A stretch of 60,841 nucleotides of DNA, the filler included, from Nemertoderma westbladi (lineage: Eukaryota; Animalia; Xenacoelomorpha): NCBI GenBank assembly GCA_032718475.1. It is 3 parts of 3 records of this genome, joined end to end, with 100 filler letters (N's around TTAATTAATTAA, not from the genome) between each part and the next. Parts side by side here need not be neighbours in the genome. Positions count along the whole stretch, not along the records: positions 1 to 28,439 come from JAUCBJ010007823.1; positions 28,540 to 53,721 come from JAUCBJ010005313.1; 1 more part is not named here. One strand, given 5' to 3'. The notes below the pieces were generated by a model. The model saw nothing but the letters and a program-made list of their open reading frames with translations. It did no database searches and was not told the origin of the DNA. Positions within the stretch are counted from its first letter, which is position 1; every line of letters starts with the position of its first letter. Position numbers and translations under genes: made by a program. Shown here one piece after another: positions 24,829 to 38,700 of this stretch.

Positions 24829-27193
24829 GTAAGTTATGGAGCGGCTAGATAGGGGTGGGTACTTGGGCATCCTTAATCGCCCACCTTACACTGTAACGGT
24901 AAGTTATGGAACGGCTAGATAGGGGTGGGTACTTGGGCATCCTTAATCGCCCACCTTACACTGTAACGGTAACTTATGGAACGGCTAGGAGTGGCTACTT
25001 GGGCATCCTTAATCGCCCACCTTACACTGTAACGGTAAGTTATGGGACGGCTACATAGGGGTGGGTACTTGGGCATCCTTAATCGTCCACCTTACACTGT
25101 AACGGTAAGTTATGGAACGGTTAGATAGGGGTGGGTACTTGGGCATCCTTAATCGCCCACCTTACACTGTAACGGTAAGTTATGGAACGGCTAGATAGGG
25201 GTGGGTACTTGGGCATCCTTAATCGCCCACCTTACACTGTAACGGTAAATTATGGAACGGCTAGATAGGGATGGGTACTTGGGCATCCTTAATCGCCCAC
25301 CTTACACTGTAACGGTAAGTTATGGAACGGCTAGATAGGGGTGGGTACTTGGGCATCCTTAATCGCCCACCTTACACTGTAACGGTAAGTTATGGAACGG
25401 CTAGATAGGGATGGGTACTTGGGCATCCTTAATCGCCCACCTTACACTGTAACGGTGAGTTATGGAACGGCTAGATAGGGGTGGGTGGGTACTTGGGCAT
25501 CCTTAATCGCCCCGCCCACCTTACACTGTAACGGTAAGGTATGGAACGGCTATATAGGGGTGGGTAGTGGGTACGTGGTAGAGTTGAAACAGAGACTTGT
25601 CACTGATCTCTGTTCTCTGGACTCTCCGGGCTATTTTTTGGTCTCTGGATAGGCCTCTGGTTCCCGGGTATTAAAAACAGACATTTTACACAGAGATCAG
25701 TGATTTTACAAATTAGAAATACATATTTAAAAATAGATCCTGTACAACACAAAATGTGAAATGAAGATAATTTTTCACAAATTTTTTACAATTAATTATT
25801 TCTTTAATTTTTAACTATTTTTCATACACCGCTTCAACACAATTATATATTCACTTTTACACTATTTATATTTCTAATAAATGTACCAATAATATTCTAT
25901 TTAATTTAAGGTGCGTTTAATTTTAAGTTAAATTAGCACCTAAAGATGGTTCTTATCTAAGGATAAGGGCGCTTAATTTGAGCACCCATAATGTTTAAAA
26001 GTGAAAGAAAGGGCTGATCTCCAGTCAATTTGTTATAGGATAGATAATATGACGACCAAATGGAGAGAACGAGCGTAACGAGGCTTGTAAATGAGGCGAG
26101 TAGAGCACTATACCTGTGCACTAAGTATTCGTAAATGACTATATGACTATGTATATTGAAATGTATATGATTTGAACAATTGTAAAATAAGTGCCTTTAA
26201 TTAACAAAGTACCGGTACCCATGGCGCAAAACAAATTTATATAACATATTATATTAACAATAACAAAATAAAACGAATTAATAAACAAATAACCAAATTA
26301 ATATTAATTAAGCCCCCCAAACTGTACGTGCGCTTATTTTCTTACAATGGGTAAGGGTTGAAATGGGTTGGATTTACTTTACTGTAATTGAACCATAGAA
26401 AAATAGTTAAGGCCGAATGTACAGTCTGTTTGTGCTATAGGGGAGTAATGAAATTGTAAGTACAAAAATAAGCGAAGTCTCTGATCTCCGGCTCTGGTCT
26501 CCGGTATTTTTCAAAATAATTCTCCGGGTAGGTCTCTGGTTTACCGGGATTAAGAAAAACAGGTCTCTGTTTCAACTCTAGTACGTGGGCATCCTTAATC
26601 GCCCACCTTACACTGTAACGGTAAGTTATGGAACGGCTAGATAGGGGTGGGTACGTGGGCATCCTTAATCTCCCTCCTTACACTGTAACGGTAAGTTATG
26701 GAACGGCTAGATAGGGATGGGTACTTGGGCATCCTTAATCGCCCACCTTACACTGTAACGGTAAGTTATGGAACGGCTAGATAGGGATAGGTACTTGTGC
26801 ATCCTTAATCGCCCACCTTACACTGAAACGGTAAGTTATGGAACGGCTAGATAGGGGTGGGTACTTGGGCATCCTTAATCGCCCACCTTACACTGTAACG
26901 GTGAGTTATGGAACGGCTAGATAGGGGTGGGTACTTGGGCATCCTTAATCGCCCACCTTACACTGTAACGGTGAGTTATGGAACGGCTAGATAGGGGTGG
27001 GTACTTGGGCATCCTTAATCGCCCACCTTACACTGAAACGGTAAGTTATGGAACGGCTATAGATAGGGGTGGGTACTTGGGCATCCTTAATCGCCCACCT
27101 TACACTGAAACGGTAAGTTATGGAACGGCTAGATAGGGGTGGGTACTTGGGCATCCTTAATCGCCCACCTTACACTGTAACGGTAAGTTATGG
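24761..27193 (+). repeat. 70-bp minisatellite, 20 units, each made of the 3' end of SAMD5 exon 3 plus its splice donor
   Basis: Unit AAGTTATGGAACGGCTAGATAGGG(G/A)TGGGTACTTGGGCATCCTTAATCGCCCACCTTACACTGTAACGGT; 11 donor sites before and 9 after a MITE insertion. Confidence 0.95.
25579..26580. mobile_element. hAT-type MITE (1002 bp) inserted in the minisatellite
   Basis: TIR TAGAGTTGAAACAGAGAC / GTCTCTGTTTCAACTCTA; 8-bp TSD GTACGTGG. Confidence 0.92.
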
Positions 27194-27245
27194 TTTTCTA
27201 AAAGCCCGTTTTTTACTTAAATTACCACGCCACATTAATCTTCAG

Positions 27246-27308
27246 GCTTTAAGAAAAATATATGCGATAGTGAGAATTTCAGGAAGCACTTTAATTCCGG
27301 CATCATGA
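27246..27308 (+). CDS. SAMD5: Candidate terminal exon 4 of the SAMD5-like gene (ALRKIYAIVRISGSTLIPAS*)
   Basis: Acceptor TTAATCTTCAG closing a 63-nt interval from the last donor; phase 0 compatible; no homology support. Confidence 0.35.
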   Translation, partial: ALRKIYAIVRISGSTLIPAS

Positions 27309-28439
27309 AATGTTATATCGTTTGAATGTTATTTGAAGTAAGTAAACCAAATCCTTTACATGTCATTGGAGGAGTCCAGGGCGGGGTTGAAACCCCACTA
27401 CCGCGTTACTTAAATTGTTGGTTCCAGGTTGGAGTTGTTGTAAGTTGTAACTTACCGTATCTGATGTGTTACACGATATTAGGGGCATCAGGGGTAGGCT
27501 GTAACTTATCTGATGTGTTACGAGATATTAGTGACCCCCAGGGTGGGGCTGTAGGATTACTGCTGCAATACAATGTAGGGGTATAACATATTTCCTCAAC
27601 TAAAGGTTCGACTATCACCTGGGTTTCCATTCTTCGTCGATCCAACATCGGGTGCGTAACGCCCAAATACCCCGCGGATGACTCCGCTTATTACTGTATC
27701 TGTGGGTAGCGTGGCTGCTGACTGAGACAGGCACCATTCTACACCCCTCTCATTGGCACCACAGAGTGTAGGGTATGTTGTTTGGAGACTGAAACACTTA
27801 TCCACCCCCCTTCCCTTTATAATAATGAACCACAAAAAGGAAGCAATGTCTTTGGGGGGGGGGGGGGGGTGTTGTCGACTTCATATGGGTGGGTTGTGAT
27901 GGATTTGTAGGTTATATTGTTGAGTGGTTAGCAGCTGTATCAGTATCATTAATGCGTTTATTATTAATATAAATAATTATGGTCTCATCTGCTGGCAGCA
28001 TCGCCTGCCTAGTTAGTATGGTGGGTTACATAGGCATTTAATAGAAGGTATAATAACAATTTCCATAGAGAAACAACAGACCCTAGTGGGTCCCCAACAC
28101 ATTACTAAATTTAATGCACTCATCACTCCACCCCAAACAGTTTATTTACTACGTTCCTTAAACAAATCGCAGCAAAGATCTTCGTAGCAGCATTATTGGC
28201 AGGCACACACTACAGCGTTATATTTTCCGCGTAATTATTGTCTCATAATAATTATCTGAAATTACTACATCACGAGTCCTTCCCAAATGGAGCTGCCCTC
28301 CCAATCCCAAGCAGCTGTTGGTTTCTCGATTAGGTTGGATAGCTAGAGTTTCCGTGAATTTTATCTGATTTAGTGATACCCTCGCTGACATTGTAACCAC
28401 CGCGGTCCCTATTCCCATTCTCTCAACTCGAATTCTCTT

Positions 28440-28539
28440 NNNNNNNNNNNNNNNNNNNNNNNNNNNNNNNNNNNNNNNNNNNNTTAATTAATTAANNNNN
28501 NNNNNNNNNNNNNNNNNNNNNNNNNNNNNNNNNNNNNNN
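28440..28539. other. Assembly gap with artificial TTAATTAATTAA spacer
   Basis: 100-bp N block containing a six-frame stop linker. Confidence 0.95.
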
Positions 28540-28819
28540 GGGGGCATATGGCGCCAGGCAAAAATACCCGGGGGTATTTTCGGATAGTGCCATAAATCCA
28601 TGACACGCCCCCCCCCCCCACGCCCCCCTAATTTTTCTACAAATCTTAATGAGATTGCATGAAATTTGAAACAGAGAAAGTTTCACCTCCCGACCACTGA
28701 CTGGGTGAGCCAGAATTTATATTTTTGCAGTCAATCTTTAACAAGACAAGCGTACAAAAAAGTGTCTCCTGCGATATTGTTCCAGTCCCACCGCATGTAT
28801 TCTTATACCTCATAGCTGT

Positions 28820-29630
28820 TGGGCGAGCCAAGAAAGTAAGCGAGCTTAGCATACAGGTACCACTAACACACTAGGTGCGTCTGTTATTCTGTTATTCTGT
28901 TGTTCTGCTATGTTCAATTTTTAACCTTAATAACTCAGCCAAATCAGGATAAAATCTATCCAAACTTGGTATACATGTAGTCTAGCAAAAGTTTATAAAT
29001 TATCCAAGTTGAATTTGCGTATAGGCGTCGAGTCCTTCGAGTCCTTCGAGAAGGTAAGATAAATTCAGTTAATTTATTAATTAATAAATGTTGGTTCGGG
29101 TAAACACAGCATATTCAACATGACTTTTAATGGGAATTATTATTTTAAATTATAATATATAAATGATTATACTTAATAATTATACAGCTGTAATCCCCAT
29201 ACCCTATTCCATTATACTGTAGTTTTAATTAGTTTAAGTGATTTACTTTAAAAAATCTGTTTTTAATTGATCTAAACGTAATTAAGTTATCGAAATGCAT
29301 CCCGTCACTCTATGCTTCCAGCTCCATCATTCCTTGGCATGCTTGCTATTGCCTATTAGTTTGGAACCAGTCCAATCATCATACCACCACTACTTGGCAA
29401 CGGGTAATTACATCTATAGGACATGAGGCAGGCACTACTAGTGTAAGGTGCCAGACTAATGAGCCAGCTTGCTTTATCTCGCAAAATGATTGCCGAGTAT
29501 TTAATCGTGATTCTTTAGAATAATTAGCAAAATAATTTCGTTGAGGTGTTGGCATGATAAATTAATATATATACTATCAATACTATCAATACTATCGGCA
29601 TAAGGTAAGTTTTAATAATTTTTACAAATT
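28820..29630 (+). repeat. Dispersed repeat of about 0.7-0.8 kb, unclassified (copy 1)
   Basis: Colinear with 51428-52110 (TTAGCATACAGGTACCACTAAC ... ATCAATACTATCGGCATAAGGTAAGTTT). Confidence 0.85.
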
Positions 29631-31685
29631 GGGTTGCCTCCACACCTACAAATATATTACTTTTAAAACACAATTTCCTGTTAATACCTCTGCCTTTCAT
29701 TAATCCTCTATGCTCCTTTGCGGTCGGGGTGGTGCAGATTACGTAAGAGGACGGTTGAAGCGAGGGGGGGGGGGGGGGGGGGGGGGGGGGGTGGGGACTT
29801 TCCTCTCTTCCTTGATGTATTCTAATTGGCGGTTTGGTTATTACTATTTACATACTTGTGTGTATAGTAGCACTTTACAGTGTGATTGTGATAATCCTGA
29901 GTGGCTCGGTTACACGAACGAACGTTAGTGAGTGAGTGAAAATAAAGCCACGAGGATCAGAACACTGTAAAGTATGTACTGCAACAAGTATGTATGTAGT
30001 TTTATTCCAAAATTTTAACATTACGAAATGATAGTACATATACATTATAAGAGATAGAAACTGCACAAATTATATTAGTTGCTGTATAAATAAATGTAAA
30101 AATGACATAAATTATGTTTATAATTAGTTAGCTTATATTTATGGTGGCGTTTGGAGCCATGTTAATAATATAGCTACTGGTTATTAATAGCTATACCCCG
30201 CCTATCGGTAGGTAATGGGTAATGCAGTAGGCTTTTCAGGCTTTCAGGTAAATCTCCACCTATTGTTTACGTGGTAACCAATGACGGCGTTAAGTAATGT
30301 CCACTAAGGGGACATTAATTAGTAACTACTACTACTAGGTCGAGCGAACTCGGACTTAATTAGTAACACCAAATCCAATACTAAATGTACAGGCCAATAC
30401 AGTACAATGCTGTAATGTCCTCTAAAGTTGCAAAGTGCTAAATAACAACTCGCTGTTAAATACTAACGGCGTTGGAGTAATGTTACAATTTTGGAATAAA
30501 ATTTCTTATTTATTTAATTAAATTTCTTAATTACCGATTTTAGGATAGAATTGCTCAATTTTAATATGTATCTGATAACTGAGTATGGTGCTGCGCGAAG
30601 GCCCCACGAACGAGTTTGTTGGAACCGATGGAAAGCTTGCCGTGGCAGCTTATGTAAATATGTAAAAAACATTTGAATATGTTAGGAAAACAGCTGAGAT
30701 AGGGGAATTTGTTGAATGCTGCTTTTATTTGCTTACACTTCAAGCCATTTATTTTATTTAACAAAATACACGATTCTAGAACAGCGAGGATAATTTATTC
30801 TATATAATAATTCATCATATTCTGGAACATTTTGTCATATCTCCGCTATTTTACAACGAAATTCAGATTTTGTTACATTTCGGAAACCTTGCACGCTTTT
30901 TAACAGTAGATAATTTTGGGGGCATGTACTTGAATTACGATACTATATTTGGACATGGTGTATAGACTAACATCCAAATTATTAATTACAGCTTCTAATT
31001 TATGCTGATTCGATCAATTACTTTTCTAAATTATCATGTATATTTATTACATACAGATTGGAAGAAAAAGGGAATACAAATGTGTATTTACAATTACATC
31101 AGATAAATGAACTTACAGTTTCCAATAGTTTTAATAATGGAAGAGGCTTTACTAGAATCCACATTATTAAAATATAATTCGATCAACAGAAACAAGCTAA
31201 AACAAAACTTCAATATGCTCAAATTGAGGTCTAATAATTTATTTCAAAAGATAAAAGTATAAAGCAATCTCTTTCCTGCCTCAGCCTACTTAACAGTTAT
31301 TATAGTAAAAACAATGCAGGCCATATCGTTGCTTGGTACAGTGGACTTTGTTCTACAAATAAATAAATGGCGCTCTGCACTAATGAATCATATTAATTAT
31401 ACGCGATAGCTCGCAAGGTGTGGGAGTTTGGAATTAAATAGTTCATTTGCTCAGCAACCGATTGTCACAAGTTAATGCAACTCGATATATTGGATCGTAA
31501 GCCTTTGGGTATACTTACCTAGGCGCAATAGGACGCAATCCCTATAAATAAAAATATTGCGATTGTTGTCGTTGGAAACCGATTTGCGAAAAAAAGAAAA
31601 CGATTTACATAAACGTGAAATGTTAAGACAGGCATAAATGCGAAGGGTTGGTTACAACACAAGTAAAAAATAAACAAACTACCAG

Positions 31686-31822
31686 ACGTCCTGTAACAAT
31701 GGAGGTAAGTTGGACAACCACCAACTGTCAGACGTTCTGTAACAATGGAGGTAAGTTGGACAACCACCAACTGTCAGACGTCCAGTAACAATGGAGGTAA
31801 GTTGGACAACCACCAACTGTAT
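31686..31822. repeat. Tandem repeat of about 46 bp, 3 copies
   Basis: GTAACAATGGAGGTAAGTTGGACAACCACCAACTGTCAGACGT repeated three times. Confidence 0.9.
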
Positions 31823-32741
31823 GTAAGACGTCCGTTTCGCAGTTAATTGAGAGGCGTTCTTGGGAGATGAATGTTAAACAAACGGTGAATGTTAAACAAA
31901 CGGTGAAAAAATTTACCAAGTTTTCAAAACCAGAAAGGAAATGCAAATGGCGGCAAAAGGTCAACAGTATCCACCAATAAAATGATCACGAACTCTTCCG
32001 AATACCTCATAATATAGACCTGGGAATTAGCTCTACTTCTTCATTTTCTTAAAGTAAATAAATTAGTTAATTATTAAATAATTATAATTATCGACCTAAA
32101 CGTGATACCCTCGTATTCATCGCATCGACGATAACTTCTGACATGGAACTCGCATATTATTTAATGTCAATAATAATTTATTATTATAATATAGATAGGA
32201 CTAAATGATGCATACTGACGTTATTGATGAAATAATGTTGCTACTTTTATTTAAATCGATATTTAAACACCTGAGGGTTATTGTATTTTAAAATACAACA
32301 AATCAAAATCATTATAATGAAAGAAAATTATAGATTGTAATTACAATATTATAAATAATTATCAAATAACTCTCTAATGATAGCCAATAATAATAAATCA
32401 TTACAACCATATCAAGGATTGAATTATAATTCAGGACACAGTTGTATGCGATCCAGTGCATTCAAGCTGTGGAATTTTCAATAAAGACTTACGCAAAGTG
32501 GGACATGCGAGCAAACATGAAAATATAGTTAAAAAACGCAGAATTAACTTTTAATCCAATAGGATGGATATTTTGAAGACAGCTTTATTATAGTGCAGCA
32601 AGTTAATAAATGCAACATAATAAATAAATATTATGATTTCAACACTAAAATATAGTAACGGCATTTTGAATTGCAGTTTCTCCAAAACAACCAACAAACA
32701 CTCTCGCAGTAGTCCAGCTGTTAGCATTACAACCAGTTATC

Positions 32742-35700
32742 TCAGTTGACAACGTCAGGTAGTTTCTCTATAGTTCGGCTTCGATTCAAACTATATCCTT
32801 GGCTCTTTCGCTCACCTCCCCGCCTCCTACGACCCGCTGGTCTCGACTCTCGGGCCAGACGCTTGGCAATGTCGTCATTGACATCCACACTGAGGACGTC
32901 GTCCGTGGAGTAATCCAAGAGATCGTTAATCTGGAACCCGGTGCGACGCCCCCTACGAGACACTTTGTGAACTCCGCCTCTCTCGTCTCTTATGTTTCCT
33001 TCCGCGACGCTAGATGGCGCTCCAGTTTTCAATAAATTATGCAACTCGGTATTTCGAACAGATTTTCCCGGGGACTTCTTGGCCCCGTCTGGTTGCGATT
33101 CCCTATTTTTGAGTTTAACTTTTTCATTGTGTTGAATTATTTTCTCTCGCATCGTCTTGTATTCGAGAGCAAACTCTATAATTGTTTTACAGAATTCTGC
33201 AGGTTTCACCGATTTGACAGCTGACACGGACATTCCGAAGTATAGAAGAAGTTTATAGAACCGACAATGTAATCGACGATGCACCGACTTCAACACGGCG
33301 ACCTTCACAGCGCAATCCTTCAAAAAAGCGGTCATTTGCTTCTTTTGCTTGAAGGTGCGGTCTCTCTTCACTATGCGGCTCAAATTTTCCCAAGAAACCA
33401 AACACTGATTCTCAACATTCGTCAAGTTGTCCTGAATTTGGTCGAAGTCAACATGAGAACATCTAACTAATCCCCCCAGCTCGGAATACAGATCGCGACA
33501 CTGTGGGTGACGCTCCATCATAAGGTTGACAAGATGGTAAATTAACGACTGTCTATGAACGGTATCTTTAACTTCGGTGGCTTTAGAAAGATATTCCAAA
33601 TGAAAACCGCACGCATCAGTGTTGTTCAAAAAGTTCCCAATAGATAGAAGCAAGCCGATGACCTTATGAAACGTTTGACAATGAACTAATTGATTCATAC
33701 CCATTTTTAAATCCATAAGTGGCTCTGCAATCTCCAATTCCAACGCGTCGTAATCCAACTTAAAGATCCACAAACGCAACCTCGCTTCCAACTCTGGAAC
33801 CATACTCAAAGTGATTAAGAACTTCTCCGCAGACCCAAGAGGCACTTCAGGGTTGGACATTTGAGCTTTACGTATCTTAACAACTTCTTCCTCGTCATTG
33901 GGAATGATACTAATAATTTTCTCTATACCTTCTCTGTTTAAAGCAATCATATCCATGTTTCCTATCGCCGTCCTAATTGTCCTCGGTAGCGGTAAACTTG
34001 ATAATGCTATATTGATTTGGTTTGATCGTTTGGAATCTAAAACTGTAGTCACCGTCTTCTTATCATCCTTCTTTTTATTAAGTTCTTTGGATTTGTTCTC
34101 AAAAAGATTTTCGATGGTCTCATAGTCTAACTGTTTTTCTTCACCTATCGTATCCCAGAGGAGTCCAGTACCCCATCGAAATTTCAAAGATTTCGGTAAT
34201 TTCTTCACTTCTTTCCAAAACAATCGAACAGTCTTCTTTGATTTATTAGGAAAGAATGACTTTCCAGTTGCAGATGATGCCAAAGGTGGAGGAGGTGGAG
34301 GAGGGGGAACAGGTACGTCACCGTGCAGTGGCGGAGGTGGTGGAATACTTGAGAGTAAGGGGGGAGGTGGAGGTGGCGGAGGAATACATCCAGCAACTAC
34401 TTGGGGGGCATTAGTAGGATAAGATTTCAGAAACCACTTATCAATATCCTCATCATCTGACTCATGTAAATCAGTAAAATCAAGATCACGAATTTTTAAA
34501 TGAAGACTTTCGAATTTCAAATTCTTAGTCAGTTCATGATCCTCAATACCATATTTTTTGGTTGTATCGACTTCTTCCATGGCCTCCATATCATCATTGG
34601 CATCATCAGCTGTAAATATTTTTCGAGGTGATCGTTTATTCTCTTTATCCGGCTCTGTTCCTTTATTATTTTTAAATTCTATTTTATTACAGTCTGGGTC
34701 TTCACCAGCACTGGAAGCAGCGTTTTCTTTTTGTTTTGTAGCAGCAAGGGATAATCTTCTATCGGCGACAGCACTCTTAGCAGCATCACTTTCTACCTTC
34801 AACATTTGGCTTGTAATATTTTTCTTCGCTTCCTGAATACCTGCAGTTGTCCATTTAGGCAAATCTAACTTGGTTCTAGGAACTGTCTTCGACTGCGCTT
34901 CTTTCTGCTTCAACATAAAACTATTAGCTAATTTACTTTTAACAGCTGCATGTTTATCATTAAATTCCTTATTTTGCATAATTTTTGGGGGCTGAGTTTC
35001 TCTAAATGACAGGTTATCTTTACAAACGTTAATTTGAGTTGCAGTGACTACACTATTATCTAGAACATTATCGCAAGTAGTCTGTAAGGAGTTGTTTTCT
35101 ACAATCTGGCAAAGATGGTTATGTATTGGCTTATCTTGAAGGGTACTTGTGGAGGAGCACTGCGCACTCAGTTGGTTTCCTGGTGTCTGTGCGAGCATAT
35201 CTATAACATGAAGCGGCTGTTCATTCTCACTAAGCACATCAAATTCACTTTCTAACTGAACAACCTCGGTTAGCTCTGCCAGTTGTAAGATTGTTGCTTT
35301 GATGCTAGAAGAAATTTCGTCAGCAGTCATGTGCTCCTGACTGGCTCGTTTTAAAACCTCAGCCACTTCATTCATCTTTGCTTTCACAGTGCTAGCTTTT
35401 GCAATACTAAGTGGGATTTTATTTCTTTTGATTAGAAAATCAAGTCCATCTACCTTCTTAGCAGTAGCATTAGTAGCATTCACTAGGTCGTTCCCACTAC
35501 CAGACACCGCGGATTCAAATTTTGATCCTTTGAGTAATTTCCGATGATATCGCTCCTCGCCATTTAATTCACCAGGGCAAGATTTTTTCAACAAGTATTC
35601 AACTGCCTGATCAAGTTTTTCTGTTATTCCAGATGTTTTTGCTCCATCACTAAAACATCTTTGAATCTTTCTCCCAGATAATGCATCAGTTTGTAATCCT

Positions 35701-38700
35701 TTTGGTTCGGCGTCACTAGGAAAAAGCCCAACCGTTGCAGCTTCTCCCTTAGCATACTTATTTGGTGGCGGCAATGCAGCTACCATTTCAGGAGTATTGA
35801 CAATTGGAACACTCATTTTTCTTATCACATCACCAGGTTTAATTTGATCATTCGATTGTTGTTGGCGCATTTCATTTAAATGTCTTAGCATTTTGTTAGT
35901 AGCACTCAAACTATCAGATATTTTTTTACCACTTTCAGTACCATTTGAAAAAATTATTTTCGATTTATCAGGCAGATTACTCTCAATATCTCTCTGAAGA
36001 TCCATATATCTATCATTTGAAACTCCATTGTTACATAAAGAAGACGTAATATTTGCATTGTCAACTGTCCCGTTTTTCAGATCCAAGTTCCTGGTGATTT
36101 TTGAACTCGTAGGAGATTCGTGAAGACTCATTTTTCTTATCACATCACTTGGTTTTATTTTATCTTTCACTTGGTCCTCTCGCATATCATTCACATAGCC
36201 TAACATTCTGTTAGCAGCTTTCTGAGCATCAGAATGTACCTTAATGTTTTGATTGACCTCTGTTGATTGACAATCTGATGAAGATATTGTAAGTTTCGCC
36301 TCCGGTACCTCAATGTCGGCTGAACTATTACTATGACCTTGATTTAATGATGTTTTACCATTCTGTTGTTTTTGTCGCATCTCATTTAAATATATCAACA
36401 TTCTATCTGTAGATCTCTGGGCATCAGCAGAAGGACCAGAAGGTGTTATAATATGTTCATTATCGTTAATATTTGCATGAAAATCTTGCAATACCATTCC
36501 ATTGTCAACAAACTTTTCAGATACAGCATTCCCAGACGATGGGGTTTTATTTAAAGTCTTTAAGTTTGTTGATGGATTTCTTTTCGCAATTGCCTTTCCT
36601 ACAGCCGAAGCTGAACCTGGACCACAAATAGCAGAATGAGATGATATTGGAACACTCATTTTTCTTATCATATCACCTGGCTTTATTTGATCTTTTGATT
36701 GTTCCTGACGCATTTCATTCAAATAACTCATCATTTTGTTAGTAGCTCTCTCAGCACCTGACGGCAACCCAGGTTGTTGATTAAGATCTTTAGCCTGGGC
36801 GGAATTCTGGGTTCTATCTTTCAATTCTGTTGCTTTATCTGTAAGTGAGTCGGAATTTAGGTTTTTTAGGTTGTTGATATGATTCTGTCCTTCATTAACA
36901 TCAGAACTACAAGTTGAGACACGGTTTTTGTCAGAATTTTCAAGATTGCCTGGATGTTTTATAGCTGAATTTGATTGTTTTACTGATAAATTCGCTTTAT
37001 TCTTGCTATTTAGATCTCCTGTGGTACTCATTTTCCTTCTCATATTACCTGGTATTGATTGTTCTTTCGGTTGTTCCTGTCGCATCTCGTTCAAATAACT
37101 GAGCATTTTGTTAGCAGCTACCTGGGCTGCAGAGGGTCGTTTATTTTCTAAACAATCTTTATTGCTATAATGAATACTTGCAGCTTTATCTACAAGTGGT
37201 TGTGTACTTGTATGCTTTGAATTAGTTTCTGTAAATATCTCTGAAACAATGTGATTATTAGGTGGGATTGAAACTTTATTAGATAAGGCAAAATTTGTTG
37301 AACCTAAAGATTTTGAACGTTCTTTCTTCAGAGATAAACCAGCACCATATTTAACACTTTTGGGTTTTCCGTGCATGCTCATTTTACTTATCATATCACC
37401 TGGCTTTATTTGATCTTTTGATTGATCCTGACGCATTTCATTCAAATAACTCATCATTTTGTTAGCAGCTCTATCAGAATCAGAATGACATTCAGGTTTT
37501 TGAGTAACATCATTGGACAGGGAGACATTTCTAGTTCCATCTTGTAATCCCATTGCTTTATGTGTGTCATGATTGAGGTTATTTGTGTTGATCTGCTTAT
37601 GCCCTTCATTAGTATTAGTACTGCTAGATTGGATATATTTTGCAGATTTATTAAAGTTAACGGGATGTTTTATAGCTTGAGATTTCGGAGATCCTATGTT
37701 TCTCATTTTCATTGGAACATCATCTGGTTTTGTGCAATCATTTAATTGTTCCCGTTGCATTTCATTCAAATTGCTCAGCATTCTATTAGCAGTAACCTGA
37801 GCTGGAGAAAGCGATTTATCTTTTAAGCAACCATCTTTTATAGATAATGCAACATTTGTTGGACATATTGGTTTCGAATTTTCCTCTTTCGTGGACAACC
37901 CTGCATTAAGTTTATGGTTTTCTGGTATTCCTTGCATACTCATTTTTCTTATGAGATCAACTGGTTTTGATTGATCTTGTTGTTCCTGTCGCATCTCATT
38001 CAGATAGCTCAGCATTTTTTTAGTAGCTATCTGGGCAGACGTAGGTGCATTGCTTTGTTCGGCATTTCTACTACATTGCGACATCATAGCTTCATCCACA
38101 ACTAAACCTGTACTATAATTATTGATAATTTGCTGCCCTTGGGTTCCAGGAATATTAGTCATATCCACAGATGGTGTCATCTTCTTACCCGCTATATCAG
38201 AGTTAGTAGCGCTCTTACTTTTGGAATTTGACTCTTTCACCGCCAATTCTTTATTTTTATAATTTCGGGGCACTGGAATTCTCATTTTTCTTGTTTTATC
38301 ATCTTGTTTTTCATTATCATTCAGTTGTTCTTGTTGCATCTTTTTCAAATAGCTTAGCATTTTATTAGTAGCTGTCTGGGCATCTGAAGGTGATTTGATT
38401 CGATCACTATCTTTAATGTGATCAGTAACAGCATCAGCTGCCAAAGCTATTCTATTGTCTACAACTACAGAATCTATAATGTTCTGACTGGAATTGGTCT
38501 CATTGCATCTTTCAGGTATATCATGCCTTGATGGTGACAATGGCTTTTTTTTAGAATTTCCAGTGGAATGTTTCATTTGCATATTTCCCTCTTCAACGGA
38601 ATCTGCTGAACTAACTTGAATACTCGATTTTCTCATACTATCTGCTGGTATGGCATGATCTTTCAATTGCTCCTGCCTCATCTCAGTCAAATACCGCTTC

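Noticed and set aside
24761-27193. CRISPR-like array
   Set aside because: Units are head-to-tail with no unique spacers, there are no cas genes, and the context is eukaryotic; it is an exon-derived minisatellite.
27326-27835. GC-richer stretch with several short ORFs downstream of SAMD5
   Set aside because: No recognisable domain or consistent splice structure; left unannotated.
28484-28495. TTAATTAATTAA inside N runs (also near 53766)
   Set aside because: Artificial six-frame-stop gap linker. It also means adjacency across the gaps, including the convergent SAMD5/FHOD arrangement, is not guaranteed.
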